Part shown: positions 36,830-49,455 of the stretch, piece by piece
Layout: each line of letters begins with the position of its first letter
How positions within the stretch are numbered: position 1 is the stretch's first letter
Assembly: GCF_036321535.1 (NCBI RefSeq)
Contig: NC_087447.1
Coordinates: 51,896,001 to 51,960,000 of the forward strand
Length of the DNA stretch: 64,000 nt
Source: Camelus dromedarius
Taxonomy: Eukaryota
Direction of reading: 5' to 3'
Notes under the pieces: generated by a model
Database searches by the model: none
Told to the model about the DNA's origin: nothing
The model's input: the letters and a program-made list of their open reading frames with translations, nothing else
Program-made: the position numbers and the translations under genes

Positions 36830-38870
36830 GGGATACAACTATAGTTGAGTCTTGCATTTTTATCCAATGTGACAATCTCTCAGTGTTCAGTTCATTTATA
36901 TTCAATATATTTACTGATATAATTGGATTTTAGTAGACTTTATTTCTGTTTGTTTCTCATTTCTATCTTCTTTTAGTTATTCAAGTTTTTTTGTTTTTTG
37001 TTTCTTTTTTGGCTTTTAACCCCTTTCTTTCTCTCTCCCTCTGCTCCTTTTCAGTGCTTGTTTTGGAGGTTATAATATATATCCTAAACTCATTATGGTA
37101 TGTCTTGAATTAATATTATATCAGTTTAAATAATAATGCAAAGAAAGAAAGAAAAATTTTTTTAGATTTAGTCACGTATTTATCATTTCCTATGCCCACC
37201 CTTCCTCCCTTCCTATAGAATTAACTTTCCATCTGGTATCAATTCCCTATATGAATTATTTCATTTAGCATTTCTTATACTGTGAGTCATCTGGTACCAA
37301 ACTTTGTTTTTGTTTTTAACCTGACAATGTCTTTATTTTGCCTATATATACATGAAATTTCACTGGATATAGAATCTAGGATGTGGTTTTCTTTGTTCAG
37401 GTCTGCAGAGATGTCATCACATTACCTTCTGGCCTCCACTGTTTCTCGTAAAAGCTGGCTGCCATTCTGGTAATGTGTGTGTACACATGTTTTTCCTTCT
37501 GGCTGCTTTTCAGATCTTTTTCTTTATCTTTGTTTCTAGCAGTTTGACCATGATGTGCCTAGGTGTGTTCTTCTTTGTGTTTGTACTGCTTGGAATTAGA
37601 TGAGCTTCCAGGATCTGTGGGCTGCTGCTTATGATAAAATGTGGCAAAATTTCAGCTAGTATTCCTTCCAAAATATTTTCTGTCCTACTATCCCCTTTTC
37701 TCCTCCCTCTCCCCACCCTGCTTCTTCTTCTGCTAGAACTCCAATCATACATGTGTTAGGTTTCTTGATACCATCCCACAAGTCACTGAGCTTTCTATTC
37801 ATTTTCTTTTCAATCTTTTTTTCTGTGCTTTGGTTTGAATAATTTCTCTTGATCTTTCTCCTGTTCCCTGGTCTTGTCTTCTTTTTTTCTTCTATGTTCT
37901 GTTAATTCCACCAATTTATTTTTTAATCTCATATTTTTGGTTCCAGAAATTGCATTTGTGTTGTCCCCCCCATAATTTCCAAATCTCTACCGAAATTTGC
38001 CATCTATTCACCTACTATGTACATTTTTTGCTATGGATACCAACATAGTTACCATAGTTTCTTTAAAGCTTTTGTCTGCTAATTCCAATACCCAGGTCAG
38101 TCATCTATAAAACTGTTTCTTCTCTTGAGTATGGACATTTTCCAGTTTCTTCACATGTTAAGTAAATTTTTAAAAAATTATGGTTGTGATATTTTGAGGA
38201 GATTCTTGATTCCATTATCTTTCTCTGAAGAGTGATTTTTGTTTCAGCAGGCAGTTAAATTACTGAAGGATACCCTTGAACTTATAGAGGCTTTATTTTA
38301 TGTTTTGTTGGGACAGGCCTACTTTGGTACTGCACTTAGCCCTAGGGTAATGCCCTGTGCCTGGGGGTTTAATCTTCAATTCTAAATTGCAGCCCTTCTA
38401 GGGTTTCAATGAAAAGCTTGAGGTCTTTACCATACCCACCACCCCTCACAAACTGGCAGGTCTCTAACTATGTATGAAGTCTTACTTCCCCTGTGCTGGG
38501 CAGCAGCTGATGTTTCAGACCAGCAATTTCAGCCTTCCAGCTCTTGTTTCCTCCCTGGGTCCTGAAAGTCTTACTCTTCAAGTACAATTCAAAGGTCAAC
38601 CAAATATTTGAGGGGTGTTTATACATAGACTCTGTTGCTCCCCTCTTCCAGGAATTTTCCTTTCAATTTCTAGTCATTTTTGTCAATCCCAAATTCTACA
38701 GGCCAAGAGTACAGCTTTCTATTTGAGTTCTGGCTACTCTGCCTTGTGCATATGGGGGAATAACACCTTCCGAAGAAAAGCCACATAATGGTGGCTCTCA
38801 CCCACCTTTCATGTCTTTCCTTTATTTTAAGAGTGACTTCAAACAACTGTTTTTACGTATTTTGTTTAGC
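36830..38870 (-). mobile_element. Ancient L1 5' half (ORF1 and 5'UTR remnant)
   Basis: Minus ORF 37510-37752 reads ...ILAEILPHF...PQILEAHLIPSSTNTKKNTPRHIMVKLLETK, matching the L1 ORF1p 'TPRHIIVKL' region. Confidence 0.8.
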
Positions 38871-38989
38871 ACACAAGATAAATCATCCTCAATCTAGACA
38901 TACATAATAACGGTATGAAGAAAAATTGCTTGAGGCACTCGAACCATATTTTAATCCATCACCTAACCACTTAATTCCTTCATGATGCT

Positions 38990-39460
38990 TGTTTCAGTCT
39001 TCCCTCACTCACTTACTATGAAATTCCTCACCAAGGCTCAGGTTTTCTATCCCTCCATCACCCCTCTGACTCTATCTCCTACCACAGTCTCCTTACTGGG
39101 GCATCTCCAGATGCTCTTTGAACACAGAGGCTTTGCCCTTGCAGTTTCTTCTTCCTGAAATCCCTGTTCCAGGTAACTGCATGGTTTCTTCCCTCACCTC
39201 CTTTCAGGTTTTGCTCAAATGTCCATTTCTCAGTCAGAGGCTTTCTCTATCTTACTTAAACCTGTACCCCATACACACACATTCCCTACGACCCTTCTGT
39301 GCTTTAATTTTGCCTTCACTGCATACCCTCCTCCCACCCCTCACCGCACAAATGTAAGCGCCAGTATCAGGCACCTTGTCTCTCTTATTTAGTTTCATGC
39401 CCAGTGTCTAGGATATTGCTTCATATATAGTAGGTATTTACTAGATATTTTTTCATGAGT
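38990..39460 (+). mobile_element. L2 LINE 3' portion
   Basis: 'ggctttgcccttgcagtt', 'ctcacctcctttcaggttttgctcaaatgtc', 'cccagtgtctagga...tagtaggta'. Confidence 0.75.
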
Positions 39461-40189
39461 AAGTACTAGTTTTTATTATTCAGGTATGAAGTACCTTCTT
39501 CAAAGGCAGGGAACTTCTTTTACTCTGCTGCAACTCTAGTACCTACCATTGAGGCTGTAAACACAGTGGGGACGTAACTGATTACTGAGTTAATTTAACA
39601 TGATCAGGTATAAGGCAGCACTTAAACACTAAGTGACAAACAGATATGTTTTATGATGTCCTCATTAGTGGCATTTATTGCAGACATTTTGCTAGGCTAT
39701 ACTGAATTCCTAGTAGTTATCTTCCACTCCTACGGTGATTTACCCTTCTAGCCAACACGTATATCTAATATAGTGAAAGAGATCGGTGACAGTGAGTATC
39801 TAGGCACTGGCAGTGTAAGATAATAACGATAACTAATTTGGGGAGTGGAGGACAAGTTAGAGTCAAAAGGCTAGACAACAATAAAGATGAAAGTGGAGGG
39901 GGCAAGCAGAATTAAAAGCAGAAATTTCTAAGAATCCTCAATTTTAAGGAGAGGAGGGATGTCTTAATTTAGATTTCAAGTAAGGAAACTGTATAAAAAA
40001 TGCAATGAAAATCATTAAAATAATAGAAATAGGATGTGTGAATTCCAAAGCATGGCAGGAAGAGAGAGAGAAATGAAGGAAACCAGATCAATCCAATGGA
40101 AGGGAGGGGGAAAGAAAGCAGGATGAAATAAGATGCCCACAAATGTACCCAAATATGTCAGTAATCACAACAAATAATTACAGGGGTCT

Positions 40190-40690
40190 GGGGGAAACTC
40201 TAGATAAACTGGTCAAGGAGGGTCTCTTTGAGGTAATGACATTTTATAATAGCAATCACTTCTACAGAACTTAACCATTCTAAGTGTTTTACATATAGTA
40301 ACTCATTTAATCCTCACAACAACCTAATGAAATACTATTTCTCCATTGTATAGTTAAAGAAGTTGGGATACAGAGAAGTAACTACCCCGAGGTCACAGAA
40401 CCAGTAGGTGGTAGAGCCAAGATGTGAGTCCAGAGTCCACGTTCTTAACCACCTGGCTATGGTCCTTTAAGATACTAGCTGACACCAGGAGGGTGAGAAG
40501 GAGCCAGACAGGTGGAGGGTGAGATATCCCAGGCAGAGGGAAAAGCAAGTGCAAAGGCCCTGAAGTGGGGAAGAACTTGGCTCTTTCAGAGAAGAGAAAA
40601 GAGGCCACTGTGGTGTACGGCTGAATAGTAGTGCAAGATGGGGCAGTGTGGTTTGCAGCCGAATCTGGGAGGCAGGACAGGTCACAGCAA
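40190..40690 (-). mobile_element. L2 fragment interrupted by a MIR (~40247-40460)
   Basis: 'ggtcaaggagggtctctttgaggt' ... 'ccaggcagagggaaaagcaagtgcaaaggccctgaag'; MIR 'aactcatttaatcctcacaacaaccta'. Confidence 0.75.
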
Positions 40691-40699
40691 GCAGTTTCT

Positions 40700-40940
40700 C
40701 TGATTGCTACTATGTATGTCAGAGACTGAGCTAAAGGCCTTATACTGACTTTACACTGTATCTTTTCTTAATACGACTGTCCCGTGGTAGGTATTATTTT
40801 TCTCCCCATTTTGTAGACATGGAAAGTGAGGCTTAAAAGACTAAGCACATCTGCCTAAGATGCACAGCTATTAGGCAGAAGAGAGAGGATTCAAATCAGG
40901 TAGGTCAGGCTCCAAAACGCAGTCCTGCAGCCACAACCAC
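40700..40940 (-). mobile_element. MIR SINE
   Basis: 'ggtaggtattatt...ccccattttgtagacatggaaagtgaggctt...ggattcaaatcaggt'. Confidence 0.7.
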
Positions 40941-42329
40941 GCATGACATCAAGTTAAGCTAAATATAATCATTTGTCCAGGAATAGCCTCTGCCTTCCTA
41001 GAAAAGCACCTGGCTATATGCAGAAGATGCATGCAGATTTCTGAGAGATTCTGCTGAGGAATGCAACTTGGAGAGAAATGCTACGTGCTGTGGGACCTCA
41101 GATCAGGACTACCTTGTCTCTGGGCTTAGCTCTGACCGGTGAAGCCAAGGTGTCTTGTTTCTTGCCTTTGTCTGGCCTTCTGGTTCTAACCAAAAATCTA
41201 TATTTCAGACTCAAATGTCCCTGTGTTATTTCTCATTTGTTGCCACTGAGGAATGTAACTTTTAGAGCCTCAGGTGGGCCCTGGTGTCCTGTGTTAACCT
41301 GTGTGTTCTATCTCTATGTCAGGCAACTAAGTATATAGTCTAATGACCTTGGGTCCTGGTTAAAGACAAGACATGAAGAGCCAAATGTAACAAATGGAGA
41401 AAGAGGTGGTTCCAAGATAATTAATTATAAGCCATGCCCCAAGGATGCAGGGAAAAGGAAAGAGGACAGGGGAATCAGCCTGCTCTGGAAAAGCTCATTC
41501 TTGGGAGAGCTGAGCCTGGGGGTAAGCAGCAGGGGAGAAGATCCTCTTCCATGCACCTTGCTTTTCCTGCGACTTTTGTCTTGACTTCTTCCCTCCTTCC
41601 CTCTCTCTCTACTTAGACAAAAGTCGATGATGAACAGTCAGCTAGCACAACTGGAGACAGGTGACCCAGGAGCTCTTAGGCAAAGAGCAAGCTCCAGTGG
41701 CCTCTTCAGGGAGGAGACAGGACCTGTTCTGCCCCATTCCTCAGGTCACAGGCTCCAGATCCAGCTTCCCTGCTATATTTTTAACATTAGCAGACATTCA
41801 CATGAGGTGAATAATGCCTGTGCCCTGACCTCATTTCAGAAAACTAGTGATCCTCAAGAACACAAAGCAAGCCCCGTCTTAGACAGCACTGGGGACGGAA
41901 TTGTTCTGATGCTCTATGGCGTCTGGACATATCTAAAATATAAACACCCCTGTCTGGCAACCAAAGATGCGAACTCCTCCAAGACTGCAAGGGAAGGGGC
42001 AAGAGTGAATTTTTTTTTTTTTCGTGAGACCACCATTCACTCTGACCATGGGCTAGCCCTGCAAAGCACAATCCACAACCCTGCATCTGTGTTTGGGCTA
42101 TAACCAGTAGGAGGGGAGACAGTGAGGAACAATAGAAAGAACATTAGCAAAACCAGAAGTGCCAAGTTCCAGGTCTGTCACTGACTGGCCGTGAGGCTGT
42201 AATGGAGCTGGTCTCTGAGTCTCAAGTTTCTCCTTCTATTAAGCAGGCCCAAGGAGTAAGCAGTGAAGATACACTGGAGTGCACTATAAATGTTGATTCC
42301 TCCTGTCAAAAATATGACTAAGAGAGGAC

Positions 42330-42550
42330 AATATAGGCGGAGTGCTTACTAAATGCCAGGCACTATTCCAGGCACTTTGCAGTCACTTTCTCAATAACTG
42401 CAAAGGGCAGGCATTACTATCTCAATTTTACAGATGAGGAAATAAACTCAGAGAGGTAAAGATACTTGTCCAAGGTCACAGAGTTTGTAAGTGGAGGGTC
42501 TGGGACTGGAACCCATGCAGTCTGACTCCAGGAGGCATATTCCTTATTTC
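42330..42550 (-). mobile_element. MIR SINE
   Basis: 'tgccaggcact...attttacagatgaggaaa...cttgtccaaggtcacagag...gaacccatgcagtctgactcca'. Confidence 0.8.
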
Positions 42551-42599
42551 TGAACACTGGTCCTGCTACTTCTACCACTGTCTGACCTTCAATAAGCTA

Positions 42600-43225
42600 C
42601 TGTATTTCGTTAATTCTGAAGTCCTTTTCTTTTTTTCTTGAACACTTTAACATCAAAATCAGAATGTTTATTACAGTCAAGCTGCAGTCAGGACATAGCT
42701 GTCAACAAAGGTTTACTTGGTTGTCATTTCTGGTGGTGTGACTGGACCAGTCAGTACAACCCTGAACAAACAATGCAAGGTCCATTTCAGGGAGAAATAT
42801 GAATCTCAGCAGGTGTAAGATGACTTTGTTGAGATCCCCAGGTAAGATCAAGGAAGTGCTAGCATTGAAAACTGCAGCATCTGTGTCAGTGACTTGGGAA
42901 AAAATTTTGAAGACAATGATGAAACATTTTTAAGGAATGTTGTACCTTCAATGCTCTTGATGACACAAAGGAGTTGCTGGGTCGGAAAATACAGATAATG
43001 AGTCAAAAGGTGATTCAAAGCTGGAACTGAATATCAGGAAGTTTTAGGAATCCTTTACCAATGTACTTCGCTTATAGTTTCCTTCTTGTGTATGCCAGAG
43101 AATGACACGCTAAATCCATGTCCAAGTAAGTCTAAGGGCACTCTTTCAATAAAGCATTTTTCTCCTTAGTGGTATATAAATAGTATATACTTAAATACAT
43201 ACCGCCTCAGACTCAAAGAACACTG
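42600..43225 (+). mobile_element. Kanga/MER104-family (TcMar-Tc2) DNA transposon with a decayed transposase C-terminus
   Basis: TA then CTGTATTTC start as in MER104/Kanga; 42717-42973 reads, across frameshifts, LVVISGGVTG...NKQCKVHFREKYES...PGKIKE...VSVTWEKI...FKECCTFNALDDTKE, resembling a pogo/Tc2 DDE tail. Confidence 0.7.
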
Positions 43226-44149
43226 AATGATAACATTCCTAAGGCCTCATTTGAAAATTGGGATGATAAAATGCAAATAAGACACAGCGTTCAAAGGTCC
43301 TCTAAAACTTGATCTAAACCTATGTTTTCCACTCTTGTCTCCTGGCCACTCTTTCAAATAGGTTACGCACCAGATTATCACATATGTGGTTCCTTGAAGA
43401 TTGCCTCCCTCTTTTCACTTCTTAAATTCTTTCTTCCACTGAAAATTTCCCATCCCCCATTCATCTAAGACCCTTCATTTACTAATAGGTGACTTTGAAT
43501 AGCTTCTTTAATCTCTAAATTCCTCAGTTTTCTTATCTCTGAAATGGGAATCTAACTTTAGCTTTGATTTTTGGATTTAATGAGCATGTAAAGTGCTTAA
43601 CACACTATCCAATTAATTTGTGGTCAGGCAATATTATTGGTGTCTTGAAGATAAGTTTCAAAACAGTGGATTGGTCAAAGGCACACAGCATATTTAACAG
43701 CAAAGCCAGAATAAGAACCGAGACTTCCTTACATACAGTCCAGGATTCTCTTTAGGTTAAGAGAGGCTTAAACCATCCCTCCCTTACTACCCTCAAGGTT
43801 GCTAGATTGGTGAGCAAGGTTCTTCTTTTATTTTCCTAGAAACCTGCTATTTCTCTGCTTCCTTTCCCTATATCAGATGTCCTAAACCTGATACTAAAAG
43901 GAAGAAGACATGAAAAGGGTTCCATGTTTGAACATGTTTGACCTTATGTAAACAAGTCCAATGGGTTTATCAATTCAGTCTTCAGTGTGGTTATGTACAT
44001 AGAATCTCCAAAAAAAGAGAAATACAGTATGGAATGTTTCCCAAATATTTGATCACAGAACCAAAGACTGCTGTATCACACACATCAGGTCAGGCCATTA
44101 AAAGCTGCGCACACACCTGCACAGTTCCTGGGCCCCTAGAGGGTGAAAG

Positions 44150-44590
44150 CTCTAACTCCTTAACATAACATGTAAGAGTCATTAAAACTTGGCCCCATCT
44201 ACCATCTAAATCCCACACTCCTCCCTCCTATCTGCTCCATTCTGATCATTCCAGCACGTCAGGGGCCAGTTTCACAAAGTGTTTTCTCTGGCTGAAATAT
44301 CTTTCCTCTCCCCTTCCAGTCCAACTTTTGCAGGTCCTTCCCAACCTAGTGCATACAAAACGTCACTGAAGCCTTCTCTGACAATTCTCACTCAGTTAGT
44401 TGTGCCCTCTTCTGCTCTCTCACGGCACTTTGTTTATGTCTGCGTTGCAGCACTCTTCTCAGTGGAGCTCAATTAGCTATTGATTGATTGATCGATTTCC
44501 TTCTAATCCAGGCTGCTGGAGGCCAAGGGCCGTGCCTTTTACGTCCCCAAGGGAAGCGTTCTGTAGGCACTCAGTGAAAGCCTGCACTGC
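44150..44590 (+). mobile_element. L2 fragment
   Basis: 'ctgaagccttctctgac', 'aggctgctggaggccaaggg...gtaggcactcagt'. Confidence 0.6.
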
Positions 44591-45769
44591 CTCAGCCCTG
44601 CTCTGCTGGGGCCTCCGTATTCCAAAATAAAGCTCTCCTTTTTTTCTAGTGCCACTGACAACAGAGACACTTGTATTTTTAGGCCTAATGGACTTTACAA
44701 GAACAACAATTCTGGAAGTCTCGGTGTACGGCACAGCCCCCTGCGTAAAGCTAAGTCACCACGCATGGAAGTCAGCTTGGTCCTCTCTTTTCACAGTCAG
44801 TGGTAATCAGGGGCCTCCTTTAGACTTAGCCACAACAAAGCCTATTTTTCTAACAGCTCAAGCACTGGAAAATACTGTTCCTCTAATTTTAATAACGTCA
44901 CTATAGTTCTGGGAGCAGAAAACATGTATTTTATCTGTGGCTACAAGGAATTGTTATTAGTAGGCAATTACAGGATCCACACAGCAGACATTATAGGATC
45001 CATGGTATGAGATCAAAACTAGTGGTTAAGAGCCATGATTCTTCTATTCTCAGTGAAAGTATTGTGCTTCTCAGATTCTCTAAACTAACGTCTTTCAAAA
45101 AATTACACTTAACGTAACTTTGGTCTGACTTTAGAAACAGGCTTCTGGAAAAGGCAGCAAGTGTTGTAGGGAATCCTACCATTTCCGTGTTAAGTAGGAA
45201 TAAGATACAGAATTCACTGGTCCAAACACTGAAGCATAAAAAAGATCACAGCTGGAAGAAAGTAAATCTACTTTCTCATCTTTCCCTCACAGCAAAAGGC
45301 TCTGAGGCCCCAGCTACTCCTTTTTTCACACGGTTCCCTCCTGGTTGTCTTCTCTAAATGGATTCGCACTGGTCAAAATTTTAAGATACAATTTCTGAAA
45401 TATGCATTCCTCAAGTCTGCAGTACATTATTCTCTCTCTTCACTGATACCAAACTTAAACTGACCATCACATTCCCAAGCTCTCATCAAGTTCCTATTAC
45501 CACGGTATTTCCCACTGGGCTGATCAGAATTAAGTTCACAGTAATAGTGGTCTCTCAGTGAGTTTAGAAAGCAAAGTTGTCAGTATGGCCAGAAAAGGAC
45601 ATGTTGAATTGCATACTCGTTACACAACCAAACTCCAAAAAATGTCGGTTGAAATCTGCCATCACTCTGGTATCCTGCCACTGTCAGATTGTGTAATGTT
45701 AGCAAAGACATATCCACAAAGTAGCAGCAGAGGGAATTAAAATGGAACGAAGAATTTACCCACAATCTG

Positions 45770-46085
45770 CCAACTACCCCTTGTAGAAAGGAGGCTCAGA
45801 GAGATTAGATAACTTGTCCAAGGTCACATTCTTATTAAACAGTAGAGCCAGGATCCAAACTCATTTGTCTGACAAGAACATATGTATAGAGAGGCCAGAT
45901 TGCTTAGGGTCAGAATCTGTTTCCTTTCTTTTCTAATGGAGAAAACTTAGCACACTTCCTAAATCCCCTATTCCTCACTTCCTTAGCCATAAAATAGAGA
46001 AAATAGAAGTGCTTATCTCTTAGGGCTGCTGTGAAGATTAAATGAGATAACACACAAGAAGTGCTCAGAACAGTACCCCATACAT
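45770..46085. mobile_element. Two adjacent MIRs in opposite orientation (~45770-45875 minus; ~45890-46085 plus)
   Basis: 'gaggctcagagagattagataacttgtccaaggtcaca' and 'tagggctgctgtgaagattaaatgagataa'. Confidence 0.7.
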
Positions 46086-46989
46086 GTATGAACAGAAAAA
46101 TTTATCTGTGAATAGGCAAATCCATATATATGTGTATATATATCTGTGTGTGTATATGTACACATATATGGCTCACAATATATTTTTCGAAAATAATTTA
46201 TCTAATCCTCACTCAACTGCTCTACCAACCTTGTACCCTCAGAGCTATGGATATGATTAGAGAACACAGCTTCATAGTAAGTAATGCACAAGTCTTGCTT
46301 ACTTTTGCTTTGTTAAAAAAAGAAAAAGTTAACTCTTACCTTGCCTTAAACCACACTTCCTTGGGTACAAACAGAAAAGGGAGGAAGTCCACATAACACA
46401 GAAGTAAACTAGGGACTTGGTCAGAAAAGAATTTTCCTCTTACTATCAAGCTGAAAAGCCTAAAGAGGTTAATATAATTCAACTCAACAGTCAGTGGGTA
46501 TCTATTACACATATGCTCTACAGGTGGCACAAACAAGAGCACCAGACTTGGTCTTTCCTTGCTCTCAAGGTCCTCCGCATCTCGCAGGAGAGAGGTATGG
46601 ACACCACCAGCTCCTTGGCAGAATGTGCTAAGTGCTAGGCCAGGGTTTCAATCAACATGCCCTGAGATGGGAGCAGGGAAGATCACATTTTACTGTGGGG
46701 GAAACATCTGACACTGACATGGGGAACAAGTACAAGTTCTTCTCCGACTTTCTTTTGGAGGCTCTGATCAAAGGGAAGTAGCTCTCCTACTGTTTTGATT
46801 CTGCGACTTTATCAAAAATTAAGAAGCCACAGAACTTGGTGAGTTCCAGAGAATACAGTCAGAACTGGATATACGTTCCTCTTAGCATCCTCTATAATAT
46901 TTTCTGCCCTATTTTAAAAGTAATTTAAAAACTGACTCATAAATACAGAAATAGTACATGAATATATTCTTCTCATAAAAAAATTCAGA

Positions 46990-47545
46990 CAAACCATTTG
47001 GCAGTTCCTCAAAAAGTTAAACACAGAGTTACCATATGACCTAACAATTCCACTGGGTGCTTTAGAAGGAATGGGATGGGAAACTGATTTCCATACAAAT
47101 CACCCAAGTATTCATTTTAATTATCACATTAAACTTGTTAAACAAAATGTGTATGTTCACACAATGGAATATTCAGAAAAAAAGGAATGAAGTACATAAA
47201 TGCTACAACATGGATGAAGCTGGAAAATATGATGCTCAGAAAAAGAAGCTGGACATAAAAGGCCACGTTGTATATGATTCCATTTATATGAAATATCCAG
47301 GGTAGGCAAATCCACAGAGACAGAAAGCAAGAGTGGTTGTCAAGAGCTCTGGAGAGGAGGAAACGGAGAGTAACTGCTTGATGTGTGCAGAGTTCCCCCT
47401 TGGGTGAGGACGTTCTGCAATTAGATAGTGGTGCTGGTTAGAGACAACTTTGTGAATTATACTGAAAATCCTGAACTGTATATCTAAAAATGATGAATTT
47501 TATACTATGGGAATTATATCTCAATAAAGTTAAAAAAAAAAAAAA
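46990..47545 (+). mobile_element. L1MB-like 3' end with an internal replacement (see findings)
   Basis: 'ttggcagttcctcaaaaagttaaacacagagttaccatatgacc', 'tgattccatttatatgaaatatccag', 'aattatatctcaataaag' plus poly(A). Confidence 0.85.
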
Positions 47546-48179
47546 GAAATGAGACATTATAAAGTTGAAGCCCCTTTGACCATCCCTCCCACCCAAGCCC
47601 CATAGGTTAGCAATGTTACCAGTTTCGTGGGACTCCTTGTTATAACACTTGTCCCTCACCATGCCTAGCAGAGGTCCCTGCACCCAGCAGGCATTTTAGG
47701 CATCTGTTGCACAGTAACTTCCTACAAGGATAAGATAACGCTGTTTTGTTCTCTTCAGGACAATATAGATCCCTTTGTATCCACCATCACACAAATTCAT
47801 CTGTTTAGGATCAGGCAGCTTTAGAGAGACAGTTTACATTAACACCATGCACATCAGGTGCAGTAACAAAAGAGCATAGCACTTACTGGCTCAAAGCTCA
47901 CCAGACACAAATCCAGTTAATAGAAAACCCTGATATGGATGTTCATGCAAATAAGAAGCACATCTTATTGGATGTGCATCTGTGCCCTTGGTTTACAAAG
48001 GATATGGAATAGAAACCGAGCTTGGCAAGGCTATGACTTTGGAGCCTACAACAACAAGCTGTAAATGAGTGATTTCTAACTTGGTCAAATCCATCTCAAC
48101 CGAAGCCTTAGACAGTTTCATAAAAAGACACACACCCAGAACACTGCAATATTGTATTTTTAGACTTTTATTTTTGCAG

Positions 48180-48355
48180 AGGTTTTAAATCAGAGAGTTC
48201 ACAAGGTCCCATGAATTAACTTCTCAACACACACACCTGGGACCCATCCTTCAGGGGTTCTGACTCACTTAGAGCAGAACAGGCTGGCATCTACATTTTC
48301 TAAAGCTCCCAGGTCATTAGAAAACAGTGTTAGGAAGAGTGGGGTGGGAAACTGG
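48180..48355. mobile_element. MER5-like hAT-Charlie MITE, decayed
   Basis: 'cctgggacccatcc...ttctgactca...ggcatctacattttctaaagctcccaggt'. Confidence 0.55.
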
Positions 48356-49455
48356 TTTCCATGCAAATCATCTAAGTGTTCATTTAACAATCATGTTAAA
48401 CTTGTAATAGCTGCCCATCAGAAGACTGGTAGCATAACCCAATTTTACTGAAGAGAAAACCAAGGCTCAAGGATTCACTTTTTAAAGTCAGCCGCAAAGA
48501 CAGGGCAGCACTGAAGTGTTCTGACTATGCCCCCACACCAGCTAGTCTGTAACTAGTTTAAGTCATTTTACCTGGGCCTCAATATAATGGAGAATAATTG
48601 TTATAATACTTTTGAAATACGTCCTAATTTGTGTTCCCTTGTTGACAGAGCAGTTTCTCTTCACCTGCTCCATCTATAAGGTGTCTCCTTACTTGTAGCT
48701 AAGCTTGAATTGGAAAGGAGGTTGTGACATAGCAGAAGCCCTCGCCATGGAAGGGGAAGTGAAAGAGAAGCCTGCCTCTTCCCGCCTTCTGGGGAGGGAA
48801 AGGGGTAGAACAGGTAAACAAAGACGGTCCTCATTCACACACACCATCCCCATGAACACAGTCCTTCTTGTCACTGAAACAGGTTCCACTCAGAGAGCAA
48901 TGGAACTTCAGAAATACTGAGACTCCAGTTTCCCATACATAACACAGCGGTGGGCTTCAGGGTGCTCAAGTTCAACCTTCCACTCTGTGTCAATATATGT
49001 TATGGGAGCAGGGGCTCAGATGTAGCAGCAGTAGGAGACCAGAAAGATGAGCTTGGGGCAGCACTGCTCACTCCCTAAAGCCTGAGCACGACATTTGGGG
49101 CATCTAGAAATTGCTAAGAGACTGGTGGACCAGCAGAGGTCTGTGGTTGGAGCAGTTCTCAGTGTACAAGGACTTTGGGACACATGTCCAGCACCACAGC
49201 ACCCATAGTGCGTTGCCTCACATCACTCCCAAAGGACAGACAGACCCAGTTACAACTCAACAGACAGCCCCAGGACACATTTCAAACTGGACAACGAAGA
49301 GAGGACACCACACAGACATCAATACGGATAGCCACACAGGTACCCTCTCCTCTCCGACCCCTACAAAGAAGAGAGAGTAAGCATTCTCCTGAAGCAGCCA
49401 GTAACAGGAATTAAGTATCAACTCTTTGCCAGACACTGTTCCAGGTTGGTGAGGA

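Noticed and set aside
41627..42103. 158-aa + ORF
   Set aside because: Runs through a T homopolymer and resembles no known protein
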